DNA from: an uncultured bacterium
GTDB lineage: Bacteria; Hinthialibacterota; Hinthialibacteria; Hinthialibacterales; Hinthialibacteraceae
Length of the DNA: 64,000 nt
Direction: 5' to 3'
NCBI GenBank assembly: GCA_964419335.1
Contig: CAYQOX010000027.1
Span: 180 to 64,179, forward strand
Both the position numbers and the translations under genes were made by a program. The notes beneath the pieces are model-generated. The model was not told where the DNA came from, made no database searches, and saw nothing but the letters and a program-made list of their open reading frames with translations. Shown here piece by piece: positions 10,785 through 20,759 of the stretch (positions are counted from its first letter, which is position 1; every line of letters begins with the position of its first letter).

Positions 10785-13700
10785 TTACATTTTCACTTTC
10801 CATTGATAATACCCCGACTCTACAGAAAAGACTGAACGTGTTTTCTCCTGCCCAAGATATCTCACTTTTTCGATCTCTTCGTACGGTGCTCCTTGCACTT
10901 GAATCGTCTCCTTTTTCGGGGAAGGAAGATAAATCGTCGCTTTTGTATTCACAGGAATCGTTACATTCCAAATAAATTCCCCTTCCTCGATTTTCCAATC
11001 ACTTAAAATCATCCCCTGACTCGAGCGGTAAGAAGCTTTCACATAATCCAAATCCCCCACGGGATGCGGCTTCATGAGAATATGCTGAAATCCCGGGTTG
11101 TCTGGATCCGCCTTGATCCCCGCCAAATATTCATAAAACCAAATATTCAAGTCTCCCACCAGCATTACATGGTTCCGCGAATTCATGGCAGGGTTGGCTG
11201 TATCTCCATTCCATAACTCCCACATGGTGGTCGCCCCCTGCTCGATCATATATCCCCAGCTAGGATAGGTTGTTTGCGTAGCGATCGCATAGGCAATATC
11301 CGCACGCCCGTTATCGCTTAATGTCCGCATTAACCATTGCCCCCCAATTAATCCCGTACCAATATGCTTATCGCTTTCATGAACAATTTTATCAATCAGA
11401 TTGCGAAAAACCGCTTCCTTATGACCTTCAGGTACCATTCCAAAATAAAGCGGGAGAACATACGACGTTTGAGATCCATTATCATATTGATTCTTATCGG
11501 CATCAAAGTACTTTTCGTTAAACGCTTGTTTAATTGTCTCCGCTCGTTCGTTGAAAGATTTACGATCATCTTCGTTGCCCAAAATTTTCGCATACCGCGC
11601 CATCAAACGCAGATCATTATAGAAATACGTAGTCCCCAACACCGCTTTCGCTGTTTTCCGATTGGGATCACGCGAATGAATCAGTTCCGGCGACTCAGGG
11701 GGGACACACCAATCCCCATACGTATCGCGTGGCATAATAGAATCTTCTAGAAAATCACTCATAAACCGAATCCATCGCTTCATGCTGGGATACCGCTTTT
11801 CTAACACTCGCTTATCCCCATACTGATCGTACAACGTTCCCGGAATGATGATATAACAGCTGGGCCAGGTAACATCATTGGGATAGAAGGGCCAATAATA
11901 AGGCGCCACACTGGGTACCGAGCCGCTAGGCTTCTGCGAGTCATTGATATCCGCCATCCACTTGGCGTACAAGGCGGCGACATCAAATAAATAAGTTTCC
12001 CCCCGGGCTTCAGCCCCCCGGTCTCCCAACCACGCTTGTCGTTCATCACGTTGGGGACAATCCGTGGGAAAACTCCGATAATTCCCCCGCACTCCCCAAA
12101 CAATATTATGATGAATCTGATTCAGTAATGCATTCGAACATTCAAAATACCCCGTACGCTCGACATCATCATGCACCACACATCCGGTGATCGTATCCAT
12201 ATCCGGCGTCCCGGGATATCCCGTCAATTCTACATAACGAAAACCATGATAGGTAAATCGCGGTTCATACGTTTCCCATCCATCCCCTTTCAGCGTATAT
12301 AGATCCGTCACTTTTGCCGAGCGAATATTCTCCAAATACAGCAAGCCCTCCTCGTCCAACACTTCCGCATGGCGCAACTTCACTTCTGCCCCTCGAGGCC
12401 CTTTGACCTTTAGCCTGCACCAGCCCACCATATTTTGCCCCATATCATAAATATACACTCCCGGCTTGGGCTGCGTCATTGAAATCGGTTGCAGCGTTTC
12501 CGTCACTCGGATAGGTTCCATCATCTGCGCCCGCATCTCCCCTTCCGGAGCATCAACAAGTTCTACCTCTTCCCAGACTTCTCCCGTTTGAAAATGCGCT
12601 TCATCCCAACCCGGCATCTCCATACGAGCATCATATTCTTCCCCGTCATATTCATTATTGGCGCCAATGGGACCTTCCGTAGTGATCCTCCAGGTCTCAT
12701 CGCTGCATAATGTTTTCTGACTCCCATCTTCATACTCAATATGCATTTGCAACAATAATTTTGGATAACCAAACGTTCGCGTCTTGGTAGGAACATTCAA
12801 ACGGGGAGCATAATAGCGGCCATTGCCAAGAATCACCCCGACGCCATTCATCCCCGTGCGAATCTGATCGGTAACATCGAACGTCTCATAAAAAACGCGC
12901 TTCGTATATTCCGTCAGTGCCGGCTCCAACACACGATCCCCGATCTTTTCTCCATTGATACGCAGTTCATACAATCCAAGCCCACTACAATAGACCACCG
13001 CCCGCTTCACTTCTTTCGACGAAGTAAATTCTTTACGCAAATAACGGGCAGAAAGACGACGATCAGGCTCTGTGCTCTCCACTTCCCCCCAGGGTGCCAT
13101 CCCATACTCACCGAGAACCCTTGCCTTCTCCCACTCTGAATCATCATACTCACCTTCGTACCATATCTCTTCGACTTCTCGGCTGGCTTTCCAACTCGCA
13201 TCCGTAGGAAGCGTACGAGACTCCCCTTCCTCAAACCGAAGTAAGAGACAACCAATTAGACCCGCCGGATTCGGTGCATCCCCATGGTTTTCCACTTCGA
13301 TCGCGATTTGATTCTCTCCCGGTTCCATCGCATCAAGTACCCGGAACAAAAACGGCACATCAAAATTATCTCCACCGCCAATCTTCTCCCCATTGATCCA
13401 CAGCACAAAAACATTATCCGCAGTGATCACAAACTCCGCGCTTTCGAGTTCTTTGTCTTGAGGAACATGAACGGTTTTACGAAAATTACGATTCCCCACC
13501 GGGGCTTCCGCTTCAGGTTGATCCTCGGGATACCAAATCCAAGAAGAGTCTTCAAACGTCGGAGTCGTCCCCTCCTCTTCTTTGGGATCCTCGCGATCCA
13601 AACCAATCCATTGTGCCTGCCAATCCTCCTCCTCAAGCAACCCCATCGTCCAAGAAGCGCTGGGACTCCACTCACTTGCTCTCCCCTCTCGATCCCAAAC

Positions 13701-14036
13701 CTTCACTTTCCAATAACATTCATCATGGGATGCCAATTCTTTCCCCTGGTAAACAACCTGCGCCGTCTGGTTCGAATCAACTTTGCCCGAATCCCATAAA
13801 TCACCTCGGTCTTGTTCCAGTAATTCACTCCGGCTGGCCACGAGAACTCGATAAGCGGTTTGCTTTTGCCCCGGCTCCCGGGATTGCAAATGCCAACTCA
13901 AACGCGGCTCCTTTTCATCAATCCCCAAAGGATTATCTCTATACTCGCAACCCAGATTTTCAATGATGACGTCCTCAGCCATTACGAGGCAAGAAAATAA
14001 AAAAACAAACACGGTAAAATAAAGAGATGTACGCAT
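10785..14036 (-). CDS. Alpha-L-rhamnosidase (GH78), secreted
   Basis: Signal peptide; CEYRDNPLGID, DMGQNMVGW, FTYHGFRY, PTDCPQRDER, TTMWELW, MNSRNH. Confidence 0.93.
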   Translation of the reverse strand: MRTSLYFTVFVFLFSCLVMAEDVIIENLGCEYRDNPLGIDEKEPRLSWHLQSREPGQKQTAYRVLVASRSELLEQDRGDLWDSGKVDSNQTAQVVYQGKELASHDECYWKVKVWDREGRASEWSPSASWTMGLLEEEDWQAQWIGLDREDPKEEEGTTPTFEDSSWIWYPEDQPEAEAPVGNRNFRKTVHVPQDKELESAEFVITADNVFVLWINGEKIGGGDNFDVPFLFRVLDAMEPGENQIAIEVENHGDAPNPAGLIGCLLLRFEEGESRTLPTDASWKASREVEEIWYEGEYDDSEWEKARVLGEYGMAPWGEVESTEPDRRLSARYLRKEFTSSKEVKRAVVYCSGLGLYELRINGEKIGDRVLEPALTEYTKRVFYETFDVTDQIRTGMNGVGVILGNGRYYAPRLNVPTKTRTFGYPKLLLQMHIEYEDGSQKTLCSDETWRITTEGPIGANNEYDGEEYDARMEMPGWDEAHFQTGEVWEEVELVDAPEGEMRAQMMEPIRVTETLQPISMTQPKPGVYIYDMGQNMVGWCRLKVKGPRGAEVKLRHAEVLDEEGLLYLENIRSAKVTDLYTLKGDGWETYEPRFTYHGFRYVELTGYPGTPDMDTITGCVVHDDVERTGYFECSNALLNQIHHNIVWGVRGNYRSFPTDCPQRDERQAWLGDRGAEARGETYLFDVAALYAKWMADINDSQKPSGSVPSVAPYYWPFYPNDVTWPSCYIIIPGTLYDQYGDKRVLEKRYPSMKRWIRFMSDFLEDSIMPRDTYGDWCVPPESPELIHSRDPNRKTAKAVLGTTYFYNDLRLMARYAKILGNEDDRKSFNERAETIKQAFNEKYFDADKNQYDNGSQTSYVLPLYFGMVPEGHKEAVFRNLIDKIVHESDKHIGTGLIGGQWLMRTLSDNGRADIAYAIATQTTYPSWGYMIEQGATTMWELWNGDTANPAMNSRNHVMLVGDLNIWFYEYLAGIKADPDNPGFQHILMKPHPVGDLDYVKASYRSSQGMILSDWKIEEGEFIWNVTIPVNTKATIYLPSPKKETIQVQGAPYEEIEKVRYLGQEKTRSVFSVESGYYQWKVKM

Positions 14037-14150
14037 GAAGGAATCCTTTCCATTATTTTTTACTCGATAAGCAAGTAGAATATTTACGTTTAGTTCCTAT
14101 TCATATCAGCAAGACATCCACGAAGTTCACACGGTTAGAATTCATTCTCT

Positions 14151-15458
14151 ATGCATTCACAAAAGCAACCAAAACTCCGCACCGTCCAAATCCACACCCT
14201 TGATGACAAAGGCTGGGGAGAGGGCACCAGCCATACCGGCGGCAACATTCATGTCCCCTATGTGATTCCTGACGAACTCGTAGAGGTAGATAAAATACGT
14301 GGTGGCAAAGGAGCTTTACTAGATGTAATTCATCCCTCTTCCCATCGTATCCATCCTCGCTGCTCTCACTTTTCCCACTGTGGCGGCTGCTTATGGCAGC
14401 ATATGGAGTACCCCTACCAGCTCCATTGGAAACAAAAACTCGTCACCCGCTATTTCCAGCGGCATGGTTTATCATACGATACAGAGGATTTCCCCGTCCA
14501 GTCCTCATCCCCATTTCATTACCGCAATCGTATGGATTTTGTCTGGTGGTATGACGGTCGTTTTGGTTTACGCGAACGTATGCGCTGGCATTCGGTAATT
14601 GACCTCAACGAGTGTTATCTCCTCCCTCCCCACGTCATGCAAACCGCGCTTACCGTAAACCGCCGGGTACAAGAAGCCCATCTTCCTTTCAAGGATCAAA
14701 AACATCGCGTTCCCGGATTGCGCTATCTCGTGATTCGCTGCGGAATCCACACCGAGGAAATCATGCTCTCTTTCGTAAGCGATTCCCTCGATCTTTCCCC
14801 TTCCCTATGGCAAGACCTTGATCAAGTAACGAGTGTATATCAATTGGTAAACAACAATTTAGAAAACGATCAATCCGATGGCGAGCCCATTCATTTAGAT
14901 AAAAATGAATGTTACCAAGAAACCATCGCAGACCACACCTTCTCCGTTGGTCCTCGATCTTTTTTTCAGCCCAACCCGGCAGTCGCCCAAGCCATGGTTA
15001 AACATATCCAATCATTACTAGCGGATAAACCAACTCAAGCACGCCTCTTGGATCTCTATTGCGGCATCGGTTTATTCTCAATTATTTTATCCTCGCAATT
15101 CGACCACATTACCGGAGTGGAAAACAACTCCGAAGCCATCGCATGGGCAAAACATAACGACAAAAACTCCCGAATCGAATGGATTTGTTCCGAAGTCGAA
15201 GAGTTAGACGGGCAGTCTCTTGGTTCCTACGATGTACTCTTAGTCGATCCTCCCCGCGCGGGAATCCACCCACGCGCGCTCAAAACCATCTTCCAATGCG
15301 ATTTCCCCGAAATCATCTATGTTTCCTGTAATCCCAAACGCGGCGCCGAAGACATCGCCTATTTAACAAATCATTACTCTATCCAATCTCTCCAACTCTT
15401 TGATCAATTTCCACAAACCCCACATATCGAACTCATCGCCCATCTTAAACACCACTAA
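14151..15458 (+). CDS. rlmD: 23S rRNA (uracil-C5)-methyltransferase, RlmD/TrmA family
   Basis: Fe-S motif CSHFSHCGGC; SFFQPN; DLYCGIG; DPPRAG; YVSCNP; FPQTPHIE. Confidence 0.9.
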   Translation: MHSQKQPKLRTVQIHTLDDKGWGEGTSHTGGNIHVPYVIPDELVEVDKIRGGKGALLDVIHPSSHRIHPRCSHFSHCGGCLWQHMEYPYQLHWKQKLVTRYFQRHGLSYDTEDFPVQSSSPFHYRNRMDFVWWYDGRFGLRERMRWHSVIDLNECYLLPPHVMQTALTVNRRVQEAHLPFKDQKHRVPGLRYLVIRCGIHTEEIMLSFVSDSLDLSPSLWQDLDQVTSVYQLVNNNLENDQSDGEPIHLDKNECYQETIADHTFSVGPRSFFQPNPAVAQAMVKHIQSLLADKPTQARLLDLYCGIGLFSIILSSQFDHITGVENNSEAIAWAKHNDKNSRIEWICSEVEELDGQSLGSYDVLLVDPPRAGIHPRALKTIFQCDFPEIIYVSCNPKRGAEDIAYLTNHYSIQSLQLFDQFPQTPHIELIAHLKHH

Positions 15459-15586
15459 AGCCCCAAATATTATTCCCCCCTCATTGAAAGATTTTCGCGA
15501 TTCTTTCACTTTTTTGTTTATTTTTTCTATCAAATGTGCTTACATTGAAGAAATACCATCCGGTATACAATGGGGGAGAGAAAAAA

Positions 15587-17035
15587 ATGACAGAGTCAAA
15601 ATTGAATCAACCCACGAAAATGAATCGGCGTAATTTCGGTATCACCATGGGAGCCGCCACCGGGGGGATGCTCGCTTCTAACTCCAAAGCCTTCGCCCAA
15701 CCCAATCCTCAATCGCAGAAAAAAGAACCGGCATTCATCATGGGTGCCTTTCCCTATCCACCCACGGCTAAATTGGATGAAGTTGGCTACTACAGCTGGC
15801 CCGGATCGAGTTTTGAAGCCGAAGAGCGGCAAAAACAATATATGCGCTCTTTGAATCGAATGGAGAAAGAACTCAACCTAAAAATCTCCATGGAAGAGAC
15901 TCCGCTCGATACCTCCGATCAAGTCACCCGCTTCATCCAACAAGTGCAACAAGAAAAACCTGACGGTCTGCTATTAATTCCCTTCAAAAAAAGTCATTTT
16001 GATCATGTAGAAACCATTATCGAAGAAATCGATCTTCCCACCGTTATTCTGGCAACCCAAGGCATCTTGTTAAATCGGCATATCCAATCCACCTATAAAA
16101 AATCAGGTGTCTTTCTCATTAACTCATTGGATAACCTCGAAGCCGTCCAAGAAGGTCTCAACATGATTCGCACCGCGAAATGGATGAAACAAGCCTGTAT
16201 CGCCAACATCACTGGGGATAATTTCCGCGAAAGCACCGTCTCCCATTTGGGCACCACGATCAAGCAAATTCCCCACCAGCGTTTCTACGAGGAATATGCC
16301 AATACAAAAATGTCTGACGAAATCAAGCAGCTGGCGAAATTCTATTTAAGCCATGCCCTTCGCATCGAAGAACCCAACGAAGAAGATATCTATGAAGCCG
16401 CCAAAGCGTACTATGTATTAAAAGCCATCGTCGAAGAGGCGGGTGCGGATGCAGTCATGATGAACTGCCTCCCCGGATTAAAACGTCCACATAAACACGT
16501 CCCCCCTTGCATGGGCTTTATGAATCTCCGCGACGATGGCATTCCCGCCGGCTGCGAATCCGATTTGGACGCCACCCTCTCCATGATGCTCATTCAACAA
16601 CTCTTTAACCGCCCCGCTTTTCAGCATAATCCCTCCATGGATACGATTAAAAACCACTACTTCGGAGCCCATTGCACCAGCGCTTCGAAAATGCATGGAG
16701 CCGATGGCCCGCAAGAACCTTTCATCCTACGCAGCCATGCAGAAGCCGGCTGGGGATGTGTGCCCCGCGTATTGTTCTCCACAGGACAGGAAATCACCTT
16801 TATGAAATACCTCTCACGCCAATCACCACCTCAAATGCTGGTCTATAGCGGGACCATCGTAGGTTGCCCCGCCAATCCTCCTTGCGGCGGTTGTCGCACC
16901 AATATGGAAGTCGAAGTGGATGAACTCGATGACGTTTGCCAAGTCAAAGGACATCATCTCTGCATGTTCTATGGCAAAGAAACAAACCAACTGCGTAGTT
17001 TTTGCCAATTACTCGGCATCGATGCGGTTTCTTAA
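15587..17035 (+). CDS. Tat-signal protein of the L-fucose/L-arabinose isomerase-like family
   Basis: NRRNFG twin-arginine signal; PCMG...GIPAGCESD and AHCT motifs, C-terminal CRT and GHH, all typical of FucI-like proteins; ATG at 15587 after GGAGAG. Confidence 0.6.
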   Translation: MTESKLNQPTKMNRRNFGITMGAATGGMLASNSKAFAQPNPQSQKKEPAFIMGAFPYPPTAKLDEVGYYSWPGSSFEAEERQKQYMRSLNRMEKELNLKISMEETPLDTSDQVTRFIQQVQQEKPDGLLLIPFKKSHFDHVETIIEEIDLPTVILATQGILLNRHIQSTYKKSGVFLINSLDNLEAVQEGLNMIRTAKWMKQACIANITGDNFRESTVSHLGTTIKQIPHQRFYEEYANTKMSDEIKQLAKFYLSHALRIEEPNEEDIYEAAKAYYVLKAIVEEAGADAVMMNCLPGLKRPHKHVPPCMGFMNLRDDGIPAGCESDLDATLSMMLIQQLFNRPAFQHNPSMDTIKNHYFGAHCTSASKMHGADGPQEPFILRSHAEAGWGCVPRVLFSTGQEITFMKYLSRQSPPQMLVYSGTIVGCPANPPCGGCRTNMEVEVDELDDVCQVKGHHLCMFYGKETNQLRSFCQLLGIDAVS

Positions 17036-17153
17036 TAACTGTGTCAGATATTTTGGCTTTACAGACACATAAACCAATAGACGTTTACGAACCAAAAAAA
17101 AGAAGGGGTGGGTGGGAGGAAGGGAAATTTTATAAAAAAACGAGGCATAACAT

Positions 17154-18203
17154 TTAACGTCGGTTGTAGCGCGATTGACTTCCCGGTAAAAACTTCACTG
17201 GATTTTGATGCTTCCCATTTTGTAGCACTTCAAAATGGAGGTGGGCTCCTGTAGTCCGGCCGGTGCTTCCTACGTATGCAATAATATCGCCTTGCTTCAC
17301 CCGTTGTCCTACTTTCACCTTGATCCGGCTGTTATGAGCATACACCGTCTCGAGCCCATTATCATGACGCAACGAAACCACTAAACCTAATAAGCCTCGA
17401 TTTCCAGCCTCAATCACCGTACCATCCAGTACGGCTTGAATCGGAGTTCCTCGATCGGCACGGAAATCAACCCCCTTATGAAAACGTATACCACCACCAA
17501 GAGGATGCTTCCGGTTTCCATAGCCCGAGGTAATATAAGTCGAGTTCCGCAAAGGATAAATCATGCGTTGACTTTTGGAATAAGTGAGCGGCTCCTTCGC
17601 TTCGGGTATAAAAAGTTTATCCCCTTCCATAATTCGATTGGGGTTCATGGAAGGGTTATATTTTGCAATTTTTTCAAGACTCACATCATATAAACGGGCT
17701 AAGAGCCAGGGATTTTCTCCCGATTTCACATGATGATACACTCCATTCACACTAGGCAAATCCTCTTTCTCTTTCGACTTCTCAGGCGTGGGAGATGGAT
17801 GGGAAGCTTGCGAATGAGGGGCCATACCCGTATTCGCAATATTCTTCTCATTTTTCATCGATAAGCCTATATTCGCGATGACTAACGGTTTGCGGGTTAT
17901 ATAATTGTATCCGGGATGGAGTTCATGAGGGATTTCCCCTTCCATAAAACGATCGAAAGAGGTGTGATCTTGATCTTCCTCTTTCCATTCTTGGCTCTTT
18001 GCAGCATTTGCATACAAAATTCTAGATAAATCCAATTTTTCTGTTGGCTTTGGCCAATGATTGCCCACGAAAACCAATAAAATGCTAATGAAAACCCCCG
18101 CCATTCCCCAGAGGAATAGAGGTGGTATACGCAAAGGGTAAAACGTTATCGCGCGGCAACATCGCTGAACCCAGCTGGTCACAACGTAAAGTGCTGTTAA
18201 CAT
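17154..18203 (-). CDS. LysM + M23 family peptidoglycan endopeptidase, membrane anchored
   Basis: LysM (YHHVKSGENPWLLARLY); M23 motifs HKGVD, YAH, TGAHLHFE; N-terminal TM segment; start chosen at ATG 18203 (ORF open to 18356). Confidence 0.88.
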   Translation of the reverse strand: MLTALYVVTSWVQRCCRAITFYPLRIPPLFLWGMAGVFISILLVFVGNHWPKPTEKLDLSRILYANAAKSQEWKEEDQDHTSFDRFMEGEIPHELHPGYNYITRKPLVIANIGLSMKNEKNIANTGMAPHSQASHPSPTPEKSKEKEDLPSVNGVYHHVKSGENPWLLARLYDVSLEKIAKYNPSMNPNRIMEGDKLFIPEAKEPLTYSKSQRMIYPLRNSTYITSGYGNRKHPLGGGIRFHKGVDFRADRGTPIQAVLDGTVIEAGNRGLLGLVVSLRHDNGLETVYAHNSRIKVKVGQRVKQGDIIAYVGSTGRTTGAHLHFEVLQNGKHQNPVKFLPGSQSRYNRR

Positions 18204-19061
18204 TTGTATATTATTTCCCTGAACCTTGCAGTTCTCCTTCCACGGTTTCTCCAATCCATTCCGAGAGGAAAACCGTTTTACGACTTCGCCGGCAAAATAG
18301 CCGACGAGATCATAAAAGGAAGGCAAAGAAAGGAAATCTCCCTTTTGGCGCTTCATAAGCTATTGGCACCTTCTTGAGATTTCCCTCAGACCCTTTAGCA
18401 ACAAAAAACAACGAATCTTATTTCTCCCAACACAAAAGATAAAAAAAGAGACGATACCCTCACTTACGATGACATAGTCGTTAAGATAAAAAGAAATAAG
18501 AACGATGTCAATACTTCCCCTAACCTCTTAGAATCAAAAGTTTTTCTCATACTTTGAGGTTTAGGAAAATCCAACAATCCTCGTTTTCCTCATTGAAACA
18601 AAGATCCCCACGGCTCAAAAGTCATTAAAATCAGAGAAAAGATATACTCGTAACAATTACGTACCCATAATAAATTTTTTAATACTTTATCAGAAGAAGA
18701 ATACTCTTTCAATCCTTTTTTATCATTTTTCTCCTAAAAAATAAACCATAAAACCAACAATCACAAACTTTGCAACGTAAACACAACATAATCAAATAAT
18801 TAAGTTTACACTTTGCCAAAATCCCTTATAAATCGATCGTTTTTTTAATCAAGTAATAAAAACATCCTCTACCTGATATTCAACTTCTTTTTTACTATAC
18901 TATTAAGAAAAGTAAAAAAAAACACATTTATTAACGGTTTCTTCAGCACGACCTCGATGAATTTATCCACTTGCGTTACAACATACCTTTATGAATTATG
19001 CCTAAGAAAATACAATCGAAAAAACGAGAAAAGCCCAAAATTCAAGCAGATTAATATTTTT

Positions 19062-20222
19062 ATGAGTTACAAAAAAACTTTTTTATCCTATACAATACTC
19101 ATCATGGTGGGAGTTTTGCTCTTCCATTCCCTTGGTTGGGGAGGCAATCCCTTAGTTTTACCCACGGGCAAAGTATTGCACTGGCCCACGAAGGACATCT
19201 CGTTCCATATCGATAAAGGCCCACTGGGACCCTATCCCAACAAGTTAGCCAAACAATGGGTCTTGCTCGCCTTTGAAAAATGGAGTGAAATTCCGCACCT
19301 TGACCTCAACCTACAATTTGAAGGAACTTACGACGAAGAAATCACCTACGAGAACTACCATAAAGAAATCAAAGAAAAAAATACCGACCGAAATCCCATC
19401 ATTTTCGACGACGGTTCGATCATCGAGTGGCTACGAGGCGAAGGTGCTTCAACAAACTACCTGGGATTGACCATCCCTTTTTATCATAACAGTAGCGGTG
19501 AAATCAACCGGGTCATCACCATCCTCAACGGCAAACAATTGACCGGCACAGAAGATGATCTCAATCGAATCATGTCAACCATGCTGCATGAATTTGGCCA
19601 TTTCTTCGGCTTAGACCACTCCCAACTCTATCCTGAATTTGCCTTTGATACCGATCCCTCTAATAACCTTTTCCTACCCGTTATGTTTCCTATCGAAACC
19701 GAAGATCAAATCTCACCCGCCTCTCCAAGTCAAGATGACAAAACCACTCTTCAATCCCTTTACCCTCTCCCCTCTTTCCAACAAGAACGAGGCTCCATCC
19801 AGGGAACAGTCATGCGCCCCGCCGGCGATGTCGTCCAAGGAGCCAATGTGGTGGCCGTCAATATTGACAAACCCTACGTCGAAGCCTATGCCACCATCTC
19901 CGACCTGATGATCGAATTTACAGGTGAATTCGTCTTTGAAGGCCTCCCTCCTGGATGGTATGAAGTTTATATCGAACCTCTCAACCAGCAATTTATGGGA
20001 GTTTCGCGGGTTGGGCCTTTTTCAGAAGACGAATTATCTCCCTCTTTTATAAATCCTGTCACCAAGGAATACTATAATGGTAGCCGTGAAAACGGCTACA
20101 TGAATGTAGATGATCCTATGGATCGTGTGTTTATCGAAGTCAACGCCGGCGAAACGGTCACCGATATTGACTTTATCACCAACGAAGAAACCAATGCTGT
20201 AAATTGCTGGGATCTTTATTAA
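19062..20222 (+). CDS. Secreted matrixin/M10-like zinc metalloprotease with a carboxypeptidase-regulatory-like domain
   Basis: Metzincin motif HEFGHFFGLDHS and Met-turn VMFP; GSIQGTV...GANVVA domain; signal peptide. Confidence 0.82.
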   Translation: MSYKKTFLSYTILIMVGVLLFHSLGWGGNPLVLPTGKVLHWPTKDISFHIDKGPLGPYPNKLAKQWVLLAFEKWSEIPHLDLNLQFEGTYDEEITYENYHKEIKEKNTDRNPIIFDDGSIIEWLRGEGASTNYLGLTIPFYHNSSGEINRVITILNGKQLTGTEDDLNRIMSTMLHEFGHFFGLDHSQLYPEFAFDTDPSNNLFLPVMFPIETEDQISPASPSQDDKTTLQSLYPLPSFQQERGSIQGTVMRPAGDVVQGANVVAVNIDKPYVEAYATISDLMIEFTGEFVFEGLPPGWYEVYIEPLNQQFMGVSRVGPFSEDELSPSFINPVTKEYYNGSRENGYMNVDDPMDRVFIEVNAGETVTDIDFITNEETNAVNCWDLY

Positions 20223-20234
20223 TTCTCATTTCAC

Positions 20235-20263
20235 TTGGAAACTTTCAAGGCTTATGGTACGCT
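20235..20263 (+). promoter_or_regulatory. Putative sigma70 promoter for hpf-pta-ackA
   Basis: TTGGAA-17 nt-TACGCT with an extended -10 TG. Confidence 0.45.
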
Positions 20264-20457
20264 CATAATAAATAATAGTACGGAAAAAGCTCATGGCTGA
20301 GCGTGGAATCGCCTTCCACAGAGAATGGGCTGAACGTATCAACCGTGGGATCTCTACACCGAAATCTGGGGGGAATGTCCATCACAATCGAGGGTATAAA
20401 ATAACCACTGATTGGTTTTTCCGGAGCGAATCGCTTTTAGGAAGGAGAACCAGGCCT

Positions 20458-20751
20458 ATGCGTATCGAGATTACGAGCAGAAGGCATCAACTCTCCGACC
20501 ACCTCAAAGAGTATATCGAATCCAAAGTATCAAAATTGGAAAAATATGCTCACGGAGATTGTGATGCACATGTTGTCATGGAGAGAAAAGATAATTTTCA
20601 AACCGTAGAGATTACGGTACACGCTCTCCATAAAGTGTTGCATGCCGAAGACACCGGGGACAAAGTACGTGCATGTATCGATAAGGTGGTAAGCAAAGTC
20701 GAAAAGCAAATGCGCCGACTTAAAGACAAACAACTTGATAAAAGGAATTGA
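20458..20751 (+). CDS. hpf: Ribosome hibernation promoting factor (short HPF/RaiA)
   Basis: MRIEITSRRHQLSDHLKEYIESKVSKLEKY...IDKVVSKVEKQMRRLK; RBS AAGGAG before ATG 20458. Confidence 0.9.
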   Translation: MRIEITSRRHQLSDHLKEYIESKVSKLEKYAHGDCDAHVVMERKDNFQTVEITVHALHKVLHAEDTGDKVRACIDKVVSKVEKQMRRLKDKQLDKRN

Positions 20752-20759
20752 TAAGTATC

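Noticed and set aside
18400-18975. Long AT-rich intergenic region with one DnaA-box-like TTATCCACT, considered as oriC
   Set aside because: Only one imperfect box and no dnaA/dnaN/gidA context; better explained as divergent promoters.
20270-20457. Known raiA-motif RNA or 6S RNA
   Set aside because: I could not see the conserved segments of either family; kept only as an unclassified structured leader.
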